Assembly (NCBI GenBank): GCA_963765495.1
Contig: CAVXWP010000015.1
Coordinates: 32,001 to 96,000, forward strand
Reading direction: 5' to 3'
Origin: Blastocatellia bacterium
GTDB taxonomy: Bacteria > Acidobacteriota > Blastocatellia > UBA7656
Length of the DNA stretch: 64,000 nucleotides
The notes under the pieces were generated by a model that was given only the letters and a program-made list of their open reading frames with translations, did no database searches and had not been told where the DNA came from. Below, piece by piece: positions 18,301-26,495 of this stretch (within the stretch, counting starts at the first letter, position 1; each line of letters starts with the position of its first letter). The position numbers and the translations under genes are program-made.

Positions 18301-20182
18301 TTGCGGTCCAGTTGAGAGCACTGGTTGCGCCTCCTGTGACAAGAGCGGCGAATTGCATGACGCCGCCTGCGCCGACTTCCGTATCGGCGGGGCTTATCGA
18401 AACGACCGGATTGAAGCCCGCGCCCGCTATCATTGCATTGCTGATTTGAGAACTCTTATTCACAAGCGAGGCAGTGACGAGTAGCGGATAAACAGGCTGG
18501 AGCGTGCTCGTATAGAAAAGCTGGTTGTTTTTGTAATACTTGACCACGCCCGATTCAATCGCGATGCGAAAGACGTAGCCGACCTTGTATTTGGTCTTTT
18601 TCTTCGCTTCGCCTTTCTCGTACACAAAAGCCTTTTTCTTCGTGAACTGGATGGCAAAATCAATATCGGTCGCCGCTTGATGTATAGAGTTCGAGTTGCT
18701 CAGACCGCACCAGCGTTCTTTTGTATTGTCGTGAATGGTGAATTCCAACTGGCCGTCCCCGGATTGAATCGATTGCATAGAGGTGGCTCTTGCATCGTCT
18801 TCGTCATCCAACCCGCTTGTCTTCTGCAAAGTGTTTTCGAGCGGAGTGCAATTGACCGTGTTGGTCCAGACTACGCTGTCCATCGAAGTCGCACTATTTA
18901 TGGCCGCGATAAAGACGTCTGAGCGCGACGGTCCCGAAAGCGAATTGAAGGCGATAAAGCGACCATCACGCGACAGATTGATCCGAAGGTCCGAGCAATC
19001 TTCCCAGAGGCCGGTTCGAGCATCCGCGAGACGTTCAAGTGTGCCGCTGCCATCTTTCGATATGCGAATCACATCGTTTGAGCGGGCGCGCAAGTCGCCT
19101 ATGACGGGAGCACTATAGAGGTCTCCATTTGTATTCGGATTTGAATCATCGGGCATCCGGGCAAACAACTCATCGGTAGCTGAATTGTAATACCACTGGC
19201 CGGGGCCGAGGTCCGCGCTCGCCTGCTCGGTCAACTCCGCTCCCTTCCATTTCACAAAACCCACGGGGCTATATGTGTAATCACCGCTATCGCTTACGGC
19301 GTGGGTCTTGCTATAGATAGCCGTGCCCGGCAGGTTCACCCAGCCCGAAGCTTGAACCGTGCCCGGTCCTATCCCCAGATAGACATGCCTGCCGGTCGAA
19401 ACTATCGACGGGCAATGCGGCGTTTGGGCATCATTTGGCTGTAAAGATGAAAAGTAATTGAGGCTGTCGCCTGTGGCGCTTGCCGTTCGAAGGCCGCCGT
19501 ATTGAGCGGAGCCCGACCGCTCGCGCAGTGTCTCGAACTTTGCGGCTTCGCCTTCGGCTGATAGATCTGGATTCTCTTTGAGCGGTGTGAACTCTCTTGC
19601 CCGAACATTATAAGCGTAAAGCTCGCCACCTGCTTCTGAATCGCTCAACCCTATCAAGGTATCGGGATCATTTGCGGACCATCGCATTTCGTTAAGCCTG
19701 AATGGCTGTCCGTCAAAGAGCGGCCCTTCCTTTTGAAACGTGAGCGCGGAAGCGTCAAAGCTGTAGAGCGTAGCCACTCCGTCTATGTCTACGAGGAAGC
19801 GTGTCGAGCCGGGATTGAAACTAGAATACCGGGCGCGGGCGACAAGCGGAACCTGTCCGTCGCGCTCATCGGTGACGCGAATTACCTTACTGCCGGTCAG
19901 AGGGTCGGCCACAATGCTGCCCGCCTCAGGCAGCAGGGAATTCAGCCCCGGCTCGGTTCGGGCGAGAGAATCGCTCAGATGAGCGCGGGTGATTCCATCG
20001 CCAAAAATGGATAGAATGATTAAACAGAAAACCGCCATGAATCGCTTTAGCGCGGACTTCGCGCCTGAGTTCTGAGCGCGCTGGCTTTGCCGAGCGCGAG
20101 TCGCTATCAGCTTTAAGCTCTGCGCTGAAAAAGCAGAGCGCACGGAGAGTATATTATTTTGTTTTGCCATCTCATACCCCAA
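15386..20182 (-). CDS. Large secreted multidomain protein (two beta-propeller-like regions, Ig-like, 3 fibronectin type III, two lectin-like beta-sandwiches)
   Basis: Hydrophobic signal segment; FN3 W.TNE.SD.QVE.G...H...L.GL...YHFRV.S.D x3; duplicated VVWT..VNCT...SGDG..EFT domain; Gly and Pro linkers. Confidence 0.8.
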   Translation of the reverse strand: MGYEMAKQNNILSVRSAFSAQSLKLIATRARQSQRAQNSGAKSALKRFMAVFCLIILSIFGDGITRAHLSDSLARTEPGLNSLLPEAGSIVADPLTGSKVIRVTDERDGQVPLVARARYSSFNPGSTRFLVDIDGVATLYSFDASALTFQKEGPLFDGQPFRLNEMRWSANDPDTLIGLSDSEAGGELYAYNVRAREFTPLKENPDLSAEGEAAKFETLRERSGSAQYGGLRTASATGDSLNYFSSLQPNDAQTPHCPSIVSTGRHVYLGIGPGTVQASGWVNLPGTAIYSKTHAVSDSGDYTYSPVGFVKWKGAELTEQASADLGPGQWYYNSATDELFARMPDDSNPNTNGDLYSAPVIGDLRARSNDVIRISKDGSGTLERLADARTGLWEDCSDLRINLSRDGRFIAFNSLSGPSRSDVFIAAINSATSMDSVVWTNTVNCTPLENTLQKTSGLDDEDDARATSMQSIQSGDGQLEFTIHDNTKERWCGLSNSNSIHQAATDIDFAIQFTKKKAFVYEKGEAKKKTKYKVGYVFRIAIESGVVKYYKNNQLFYTSTLQPVYPLLVTASLVNKSSQISNAMIAGAGFNPVVSISPADTEVGAGGVMQFAALVTGGATSALNWTASGGAISTEGIYTAPAATGSFTVMAASAANPVVNASSVVRITPKDTKPPEISNVVVSNVSATGVVVAWRTNEPSDTQVEFGTTTAYGSVSALNPAMVLNHSVAFGGLSPLTLYHFRVRSKDPSGNAGVSRDYTFTTAPGGDTQPPVISNVASGNLTSSGASVNWTTNEASDSQVEYGSTTSYGSSTPVNTSLVTSHSLALTGLSSGTTYHFRVKSRDAAGNQAVSADFTFATSSSGGGGGGGGSSVPMSYNALTDRSTRREPSLPNMGGATGRGTLITDPTFGSRIRRITDANTRPDRPNRSFFSPSSSEQNTWNTNSTLFFITGEGGEIVPYSFNPSTMVASRLGDTSNESGGLLLNLSNPEFSHSDPNLIYGTGGAAGRSIVQYNFQTDTYTTLLNLDTVVQGLSGSTGDLSEGVNQKLCTYFGGQSQDQHFYILVWDKTTGQQTLLNTVTSRVNGNPTNMSLGWHIHNARLEKGGRYVTISPSDGPNGQVIWDTQTGNIALAPSSGGHKVGAFGYMLNHDGAGDGAVWQRRSLNLSNLGAITQLISPLLTPSQYEIDSHLSWNNAQANALAPVLISTYRNDRGLAQRAWDNEIIAVRTDGTQTTVWRIAHHRSVPVDFGALPKGNVSQDGRWFMFSSNWGQSLGSGRVDAFVVELKADGSAPPPPPPPPPGDTTPPVISNVASGNLTSSGASVNWTTNEASDSQVEYGSTTSYGSSTPVNTSLVTSHSLALTGLSSGTTYHFRVKSRDAAGNQAVSADFTFATSSSGGGGGGGGSQAVVWTSIVNCTATGNSLRKSSGRDDSPDAGAVSQQVLVSGDGYMEFTATETNKERYIGLSKGNDDTTPEDIDFGIKLTDIGIAAVRENNVYKWDLSYATGDVFRIAVEGGVVKYYKNGTRFYTSQKAPSYPLLVDTSFVALNGSVGNVVLVPASNGVVAESFDKATESQVEKVWFALINDRSIEAIRRRLGLG
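15971..17887. repeat. Near-identical ~310-bp intragenic duplication (about 15971-16285 and 17573-17887)
   Basis: The FN3 unit PPVISNVASGNLTSSGASVNWTTNE...FATSSSGGGGGGG occurs twice with only a few nucleotide differences. Confidence 0.9.
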
Positions 20183-20355
20183 TTGCCACCATCTGGCCCG
20201 ACAGGGTGCGGACGCTTTGCGCGGTCACGCACACAGTCGAAATCCGACGGTGATCTATTTCTGCAGTTCGAAGCCTGAGGCTTCTGCTGTCGCTAGGAGC
20301 CACCTTGGGGACCTGTTGGTCTTTAAGTGAGATGGACCTGTTGGGGCGGGGAGGG

Positions 20356-20573
20356 TATCTCACTTCGGCAGCCAGACATCCTCTGGAGGGATGAGGGATG
20401 AGGGATGAGGGATGAAAAAGACTCTAAAGACAAATTCCAATTAATTGGCTTGACCTATTATCGGAGTATTTCCCTAAAGTCCTATTCATCCCTCATCCCT
20501 CATCCCTCATCCCTCAAAAGGCCTTGGCTTTGCGACCCAGGATTACTCCTGGTGTGCCTTTATCGGTGAAACA
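20356..20573 (-). promoter_or_regulatory. c-di-GMP-I (GEMM-I) riboswitch aptamer, interrupted by a repeat element in its distal stem
   Basis: Minus strand reads TGTTTCACCGATAAAGGCACACCAGGA-GTAA-TCCTGGGTCGCAAAGCCAAGGCCTTTT-[insert]-CAGAGGATGTCTGGCTGCCGAAGTGAGATA; GYRA loop, GCAAAGC and GCTGCCG elements present. Confidence 0.8.
20386..20515. repeat. Inverted heptamer-repeat element, family A
   Basis: (GAGGGAT)4 - core - (ATCCCTC)4; core homologous to the copies at 20948 and 45892. Confidence 0.9.
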
Positions 20574-20823
20574 TCCGCTCGCGCGATTGGCGTGTGAGCT
20601 TGTCAATCGGGCTCGCAGATTCGATTAAATCGGTAACAGATTGTGAAATGACGCATCCGGGGTATCGAATCGAAGTAGTCATTCACAATCCCGGCCGATA
20701 AACCTTCTCAAACACAACGGAACAAACTTTATCTAATGCCCTGAAACGCTTCGGGCTTCGCGCAAATCCGAAATTTAACGCGGCCTGTGGGGCGATAAAG
20801 AGAGAGCCGTCCTGTAATCAATA

Positions 20824-20839
20824 TGCAATCAATGTTCCG
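20824..20839 (-). promoter_or_regulatory. Putative sigma54 promoter for the riboswitch/large secreted protein transcript
   Basis: Minus strand CGGAACATTGATTGCA (GG-N10-GC with TTGCA); palindromic GTAGAAATTATCTAC about 100 bp upstream could be an enhancer site. Confidence 0.55.
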
Positions 20840-20947
20840 CCCTGAATGGGGTATTTGTTGGCATTTGCAGGTCCATTTTTTCCCCGGGAGGAAGAAATTA
20901 CCACACCCCGGCGCACCGACTGTGTAGAAATTATCTACGCCGCTTTT

Positions 20948-21075
20948 GAGGGATGAGGGATGAGGGATGAGGGATGAATAGGACTTTAAGGAAATATTTT
21001 GATGAAATGGTTTGACCAGTTACCGCAGTGTCCCCGACAGTCTTTTTCATCCCTCATCCCTCATCCCTCATCCCT
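20948..21075. repeat. Inverted heptamer-repeat element, family A (core opposite in orientation to the 20386 copy)
   Basis: (GAGGGAT)4 GAATAGGACTTT...AGTCTTTTTC (ATCCCTC)3 ATCCCT. Confidence 0.9.
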
Positions 21076-21152
21076 TATAGAATTCGGGCGGTAATAGACA
21101 TTTATATAGATATGAGAAGCAGGCTCTGTGAAGAGGCTCGCTCAAAAATATT

Positions 21153-22412
21153 ATGCAATCACTTTCAAGACCTACAGAGAGTCGCGGTATAGAGGCGGTT
21201 TCAGGCTGTCTTCCGCCCGCTCAGACCCCTCGTCGCGTCACGGCTAAACGGCAAGAGATGTTTGCCGTGGTAGTAAGTGATCTTTCTGAGCTTGAACAAT
21301 ACGTTTCAGCGTGGGAAGAACTGGCCGCCGCCGCGTTAGAGCCAAATCCGTTTTACGAACCATGGATGTTGATCCCCGCGCTCGAAGCGTTCGGCGCAGA
21401 TAAAGACTTGCGCCTCGTACTCGTCTTTGCCCCCGACAGGGCACATCCATCCCGGCCCCCAATCCTGTGCGGGATGTTTCCGCTTGAGCGAAAGCGGAGT
21501 TATAAGGGGATGCCCGTTTCTGTTCTCAGGCTGTGGAAGCACAGGTATTGCTTCCTGTGCACGCCGCTTGTCAGGACCGATTGCGCCCGCGAGTGCCTGG
21601 GCGTGTTTTTCGACTGGCTTGCCGTAGGCGCAGAATCTTGCCCCCTGATGGAGTTTCAATTTGTATCCGGGGACGGGCCTTTTCACCGGGCGCTGGTAGA
21701 TGTCTTCTATAAGCGGGCGAGCCTTACCTTTACCTCGGACCGTTTCAACCGCGCTATATTTCAGCCCTCGACGAGCGCCGACAATTATATGAAGGCGGCA
21801 ATATCGCGTGAACATAGAAAGGATTTGAGAAGAAAACAGAAACGGCTCTCGGAAACGGGACAACTGGAATATACGGAATTGCGGCGCGCTTATGAGCTTG
21901 ATAACTGGCTCGAAGAATTTCTGAGGATTGAAATGAGCGGCTGGAAGGGGAAAGACGGAGGCGCTCTTGCCTCCGAGGAAGCCAATAAGAATTTTTTTCT
22001 GCGCGTGGCACGCGAAGCCTTCAAGAGGGATCGGTTGATGATGCTTGCGACTCGCCTTGACGGGCGAACCATAGCACAGAAGTGCAACTTTCTGGCGGGT
22101 CGAGGATCGTTTGCTTTCAAAATCGCATTTGATGAAGATTACGCGCATTTCTCTCCGGGAGTGCTGCTTGAGATCGAAAATATTCACCGTCTCCACGCCC
22201 GGCCTCAGATTGAATGGATGGATTCGTGCGCCATACCGGATCACTTCATGATAAACCGGCTGTGGCCCGCGCGCAGAGGCATCCAGTCGGTAGTCGTATC
22301 CACAGGCAGGCGATTCGGCGATCTGGCGGTCTCGGGGCTTCCGATGTTGAGATGGGCCAACCGCAAGCTGATGTCTGTGCGCGGAAAAAATCGCGCTCGC
22401 GCATCAGAATAG
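21153..22412 (+). CDS. CelD/BcsL-type GNAT acetyltransferase (Acetyltransf_6)
   Basis: NPFYEPWML, LCTPLV, E..GWKG, KIAFDEDYAHFSPGVLL. Confidence 0.85.
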   Translation: MQSLSRPTESRGIEAVSGCLPPAQTPRRVTAKRQEMFAVVVSDLSELEQYVSAWEELAAAALEPNPFYEPWMLIPALEAFGADKDLRLVLVFAPDRAHPSRPPILCGMFPLERKRSYKGMPVSVLRLWKHRYCFLCTPLVRTDCARECLGVFFDWLAVGAESCPLMEFQFVSGDGPFHRALVDVFYKRASLTFTSDRFNRAIFQPSTSADNYMKAAISREHRKDLRRKQKRLSETGQLEYTELRRAYELDNWLEEFLRIEMSGWKGKDGGALASEEANKNFFLRVAREAFKRDRLMMLATRLDGRTIAQKCNFLAGRGSFAFKIAFDEDYAHFSPGVLLEIENIHRLHARPQIEWMDSCAIPDHFMINRLWPARRGIQSVVVSTGRRFGDLAVSGLPMLRWANRKLMSVRGKNRARASE

Positions 22413-22425
22413 ATGAGGGAAACCT

Positions 22426-23349
22426 ATGAGTTCCGCAGAACTGTTTGAAAACGGCCGTGATTTTGGCCTTGCCACAGTAAAAGATCGTTTGAGTGAACCG
22501 CTGCTCGAACTGGACAAAGAGCAGTTTCGCGCCGGTTTTAATCGCAGGCCGTTCACCGTAGGCCATCGCCTTGCCGATCATCCTATGTTTGCTCTGCCGC
22601 GATTGATAGAGCTTGCCCGACGCCTGCCCACTGAACACGTCGAATACAACGCCGGGAATATATCCGTCAATATGGACCCCGACCTGACGCCGCGCACCGG
22701 CCTCTCTGTCGAAGAGACTATCGAGAGAATCGAAGAACGCTGTTCATGGATGGTGCTGAAATACGTCGAGCAGGATTCGGTTTATCGCGATCTGCTAAAC
22801 AGTTGTCTCGATGAGATTCAGGAACTCTCCGAACCGCTGGCTCCGCGCATGTGCCGCAGGGAGGGTTTTATCTTTATCTCTTCGCCGGGTTCTGTGACGC
22901 CTTATCATCTCGATCCCGAATACAATTTCCTGCTTCAGGTTCGCGGCAAAAAAACGGTCAACATCTTTGATCCATCCGACCGCTCTATACTTCCCGAACA
23001 GGAACTTGAGCGCTATCTGAACGGAGGCCATCGCAATATGGTCTTCAAGCCGGAGTATCAAGAGAAGGCTATGCGATTTGAACTGACACCGGGCAAGGGG
23101 CTTCACTTTCCCGTAAACGCTCCCCACTGGGTGCAGAACGGGGATGAATACTCGATCTCGTTCAGCATAACATTTCGCACCCCCGCCTCCGAGCGCAGAA
23201 CCTGTGTTTATTCGGTCAATTCTTATCTTCGCAATCGGGGGATCACGCCGGAACCGTTTGGCCGGTCTCCTCTGAAAGATTCGGCCAAATACCTTGCCCT
23301 TCGAGCGGTCAGACGCGCGAAAAGAGCTATGGGGTTTAGACAGGATTAA
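22426..23349 (+). CDS. JmjC/cupin-like Fe(II)/2-oxoglutarate oxygenase family protein
   Basis: FISSPGSVTPYHLDPEYNFLLQVRGKK...PHWVQN (HxD...H triad). Confidence 0.8.
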   Translation: MSSAELFENGRDFGLATVKDRLSEPLLELDKEQFRAGFNRRPFTVGHRLADHPMFALPRLIELARRLPTEHVEYNAGNISVNMDPDLTPRTGLSVEETIERIEERCSWMVLKYVEQDSVYRDLLNSCLDEIQELSEPLAPRMCRREGFIFISSPGSVTPYHLDPEYNFLLQVRGKKTVNIFDPSDRSILPEQELERYLNGGHRNMVFKPEYQEKAMRFELTPGKGLHFPVNAPHWVQNGDEYSISFSITFRTPASERRTCVYSVNSYLRNRGITPEPFGRSPLKDSAKYLALRAVRRAKRAMGFRQD

Positions 23350-23368
23350 GAGGATTTAATCCCTAAAC

Positions 23369-24559
23369 TCAGGCATTAGACATCAAGCGCCGGAGCCTCA
23401 ACCTTACGGGGGCGGGAAGCACAGCCTTCAAGACGGGTTTGCCGATCTGGCCGGTTTGCTCAATCGCTTTGTAAATCATCGAACGCCTTCCGGGGCGTAA
23501 AAACGTAAGCGATTTGTTCTCACGCCTCAATTTGGTCCATCGCTCTTTGTAGGCATCGTCTCCGCCCATAAAGTCGAACTCCGAAACCTCCCTGTCTTCG
23601 ATGCAGGCCTTTATGCACAGCCCCACCAAAACATTCCCGGGGCAGTCTTTACTGTAGGCGGGATCGAATCCCCCCTGGAAATTATGCACTACGCCGTTGT
23701 CATAAAACCCCACAAGCGCGGCCGTTACCTTTTCGTTTACCAAAAGCGTCCACAGCCGCAGCCGACCTTCTTGCAGGCTGGCTCTCATCGCATCTTTAAG
23801 AAAATCTTCAAATCCTGCTATAGCAAAAGAGCCCGGCTCGCCTCTGGATTCCCATCGAGCCTGGTGCAGCCGCACGAGCGCCTCCATAGCTATGTTCAGT
23901 TCATCGGATGTTTCAACAAGGCGAAATTCGCAATCATACGAATTGAACATTCGGCGTGTGTAGTAAGAGAGATTATTTCGCGTATTTTTGCTGAGAGAGC
24001 GTTTGAAATCGTCCCAGGTCTGATTGGTGTCAACATAGCGCGAGCGATTGCAGGTTTCCGCCTGCGGCCCCGACCCGAGCGCCTGAATCAGGTGTGGCAG
24101 CACGACGGACGAAGCCGGAATTTCGTTCAGCCACAAACGGTCCCAATCCTTGCTTTCACGAAGGAATCGAGCTATTGAACCGGCTACGGCATTTTCATAA
24201 CCACGTCGGGCGACAATATCCAGATACTCGCTGGTTTGCGTGTGTATGCCTGTCCCAAGAAAGAGTAATTCTCTGACGTGGGGGATGCCCGCCGTGCGGC
24301 GCTGCCTCAGATAAAAAGGAGCCAGCCCCACGAGGCGGTTCTCCGCATCGCGGCAGGCGATGAGGAAAAGCTGCGCGTCCGCCGGTTTGAGCCTGCTCCA
24401 CCACGCGCGATTCCACGACCAGCCGAGGAAATAGACGCGCTGGTCGCTTGCCTCAAGCAAGCAGTCCCACTCCTTGGCAGTTTGATCAAGGGCCGCCTCA
24501 TCGGTGAGTGTTTCGGTGCGCAAGTCTAAAATCGTCTCAACGCCCGATCCGTTTTTCAT
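23369..24559 (-). CDS. CelD/BcsL-type GNAT acetyltransferase (Acetyltransf_6)
   Basis: LVGLAPFY, SEYLDIV, LHQARW, GGFDP...PG.VL, FDFMGGDDAYK.RW; RBS GGGAGGA before ATG 24559. Confidence 0.88.
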   Translation of the reverse strand: MKNGSGVETILDLRTETLTDEAALDQTAKEWDCLLEASDQRVYFLGWSWNRAWWSRLKPADAQLFLIACRDAENRLVGLAPFYLRQRRTAGIPHVRELLFLGTGIHTQTSEYLDIVARRGYENAVAGSIARFLRESKDWDRLWLNEIPASSVVLPHLIQALGSGPQAETCNRSRYVDTNQTWDDFKRSLSKNTRNNLSYYTRRMFNSYDCEFRLVETSDELNIAMEALVRLHQARWESRGEPGSFAIAGFEDFLKDAMRASLQEGRLRLWTLLVNEKVTAALVGFYDNGVVHNFQGGFDPAYSKDCPGNVLVGLCIKACIEDREVSEFDFMGGDDAYKERWTKLRRENKSLTFLRPGRRSMIYKAIEQTGQIGKPVLKAVLPAPVRLRLRRLMSNA

Positions 24560-24892
24560 TGAAAAAATCGTTCCTCCCTGTTTGGTACAAACCCCGTGTC
24601 CGCCCACTCATTATATAGCCATATTGCTTAAAGCCCGCTTTTTCCACATTTCCGCGCCCTCATAATCTGAGGTTTCAAATCTCAAATCTCAAATCCCCAT
24701 CAAAGCTGCCCCGATAGGGAGGCTATGGGCATTTTGAGGAAATTCAGGCCAATTAAGAATTTAGCTTTACCCAGGGAGACATGGCTGGCTTCATTTGGCG
24801 GGCCGACTCCGGGTCTTCTCCTTACGACATTTGGGAAAGGTGTTCGGGTTCTCTCAGGAATTAATGCGAATCCCGGATTTCAAAAGGTAATA

Positions 24893-26467
24893 ATGGCAAG
24901 CTTCAGACCTCGGAATGTAACGGAATGTCTACAGATAATCTGGCGTCGAAAGGCGCTGGTTCTGTTCGTAGCCATGATAGTGCTGCTCGCGGCGCTCATC
25001 ATAATCCTCAAGATTCCCCACGTTTATGATTCGCGCGCGCTTGTTCTGGTTTCAGGCCAGATTTACGACCGGCAGGCAAACGGCGCGCAAATCGCCGTAG
25101 TGACCGAGCAGATGACCAGCCGTTCAAGGCTCGAAACCCTTATCGGCAAATACGGTCTGTATCAGCCCGTGTCGAAGATGGACCTCGCCGTCGAGCAGAT
25201 GGAAAAGGATGTAAAGCTTGAAACCAAGTATCGCTCGGATTCCGCCGGGTTCCCCGAATCTTTCAGCGTCTCTTATCGCCATCCCGACCCCGCTATCGCA
25301 AAACAGGTGGTAAGCGATCTGGTCGCCGTATTCGACGAGGCAAACTCTACGCTCGAACGACAGGCAGCCGAAGAGGCAAAAGCCATACGCAACGAGATGG
25401 CCGACATCGAAGCCCAGATGTCGAATTCGAATCAACGCCGCGCCGCCGCAAGCGCAAACGCGAGCGCCGCCGGGCGCGCGGCAAGCAGCATGGAGCGACT
25501 GCGGGCCGAACGCAGCGCCGCCGCCTCTACGCTCGAATCGCTCAAAGACAAGCAATTCCTGCTCGAACGCCAGATAGCCGATCAGAAACGCCTGATCGCC
25601 CAGCAACAGGAGCTTGTCAAATCGGCCCCCCCGGCAGACGATGGTCGCTCGGGCAGCGCCTACAGCGCGCTCGTCCGGCGCAAGGCCGAGCTTGAAATGC
25701 AGATAAAAGACTACGCCGCAAACTACACCGATAAATACCCCAAACTGGTCGAAGCGCGCGAGCAACTGGCCGATGTGAACCGCCGCATCGCGCAGGTGGT
25801 AGCGGCGGGCGAACAGGCCCGCGCAACAGCCGGTTCGCCCGAATCGCAGGAGCTTCGCAATCTCCAGCGCGAGTTGACGCGGATGGAGACCGAACTCGAT
25901 GTGGTGCAGCGCGAGATCAGCAGAAAGCAACAGAATGTAGCCTCGCTGCCCGACACGGGCGGGGCGCGCGTTTCGGTTCCGGTCGCCGACGCAGGAGTCT
26001 CCTCTCAGGGCAATTATGAGTACGACAGCCTGAAAGAGCGATACACGGCCCTGCTCAGGCGAGAGGATGCCATACGACAGTTTCAGCCCTCGACCTCAGG
26101 CCCCGGCACCCCCTTTTTTCAGATGGTAGACCCGCCCAACCTGCCGCAGGCCCCGGCAGCGCCAAATCGCCGCTTGCTGTTTCTGGTTGCCCTGGGAATG
26201 GCTCTGGCAGCCGGTCTTGTGGCGGCGGTCATAGCCGATGCCCGCCGGTTCTATCTGCTCTACGACGAGCGCGATGTCAGTTATTACCTCGGCGTTCCGG
26301 TCGTAGCGCTGCTGCCTGAAACCTTCAACCTCTCCGAGCGCACCCGTCAGCAGAGCCGCCTGTTTCGGCGCGCGCTCGGTTATCTCGTCATCGGGGCGGC
26401 ATCCGTGCCTGTGCTGGCTTTCATTCTCAACAGCCTGCAAATTTTTCAAATCCTCGGGAATAAATAA
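24893..26467 (+). CDS. Polysaccharide co-polymerase / chain-length determinant (Wzc/GumC-like, kinase encoded separately)
   Basis: N-terminal TM, long periplasmic coiled coil, YTDKYP, DPPNLP..P..PNR, second TM, YLGVPVVALLP. Confidence 0.85.
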   Translation: MASFRPRNVTECLQIIWRRKALVLFVAMIVLLAALIIILKIPHVYDSRALVLVSGQIYDRQANGAQIAVVTEQMTSRSRLETLIGKYGLYQPVSKMDLAVEQMEKDVKLETKYRSDSAGFPESFSVSYRHPDPAIAKQVVSDLVAVFDEANSTLERQAAEEAKAIRNEMADIEAQMSNSNQRRAAASANASAAGRAASSMERLRAERSAAASTLESLKDKQFLLERQIADQKRLIAQQQELVKSAPPADDGRSGSAYSALVRRKAELEMQIKDYAANYTDKYPKLVEAREQLADVNRRIAQVVAAGEQARATAGSPESQELRNLQRELTRMETELDVVQREISRKQQNVASLPDTGGARVSVPVADAGVSSQGNYEYDSLKERYTALLRREDAIRQFQPSTSGPGTPFFQMVDPPNLPQAPAAPNRRLLFLVALGMALAAGLVAAVIADARRFYLLYDERDVSYYLGVPVVALLPETFNLSERTRQQSRLFRRALGYLVIGAASVPVLAFILNSLQIFQILGNK

Positions 26468-26495
26468 AAACTCGATTGATCGAAAGGTGTAGCCG

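Noticed and set aside
20386-21075. Possible CRISPR array from repeated GAGGGAT blocks
   Set aside because: Units are contiguous 7-mers in inverted arms, not 23-47 bp repeats with unique spacers; no cas genes
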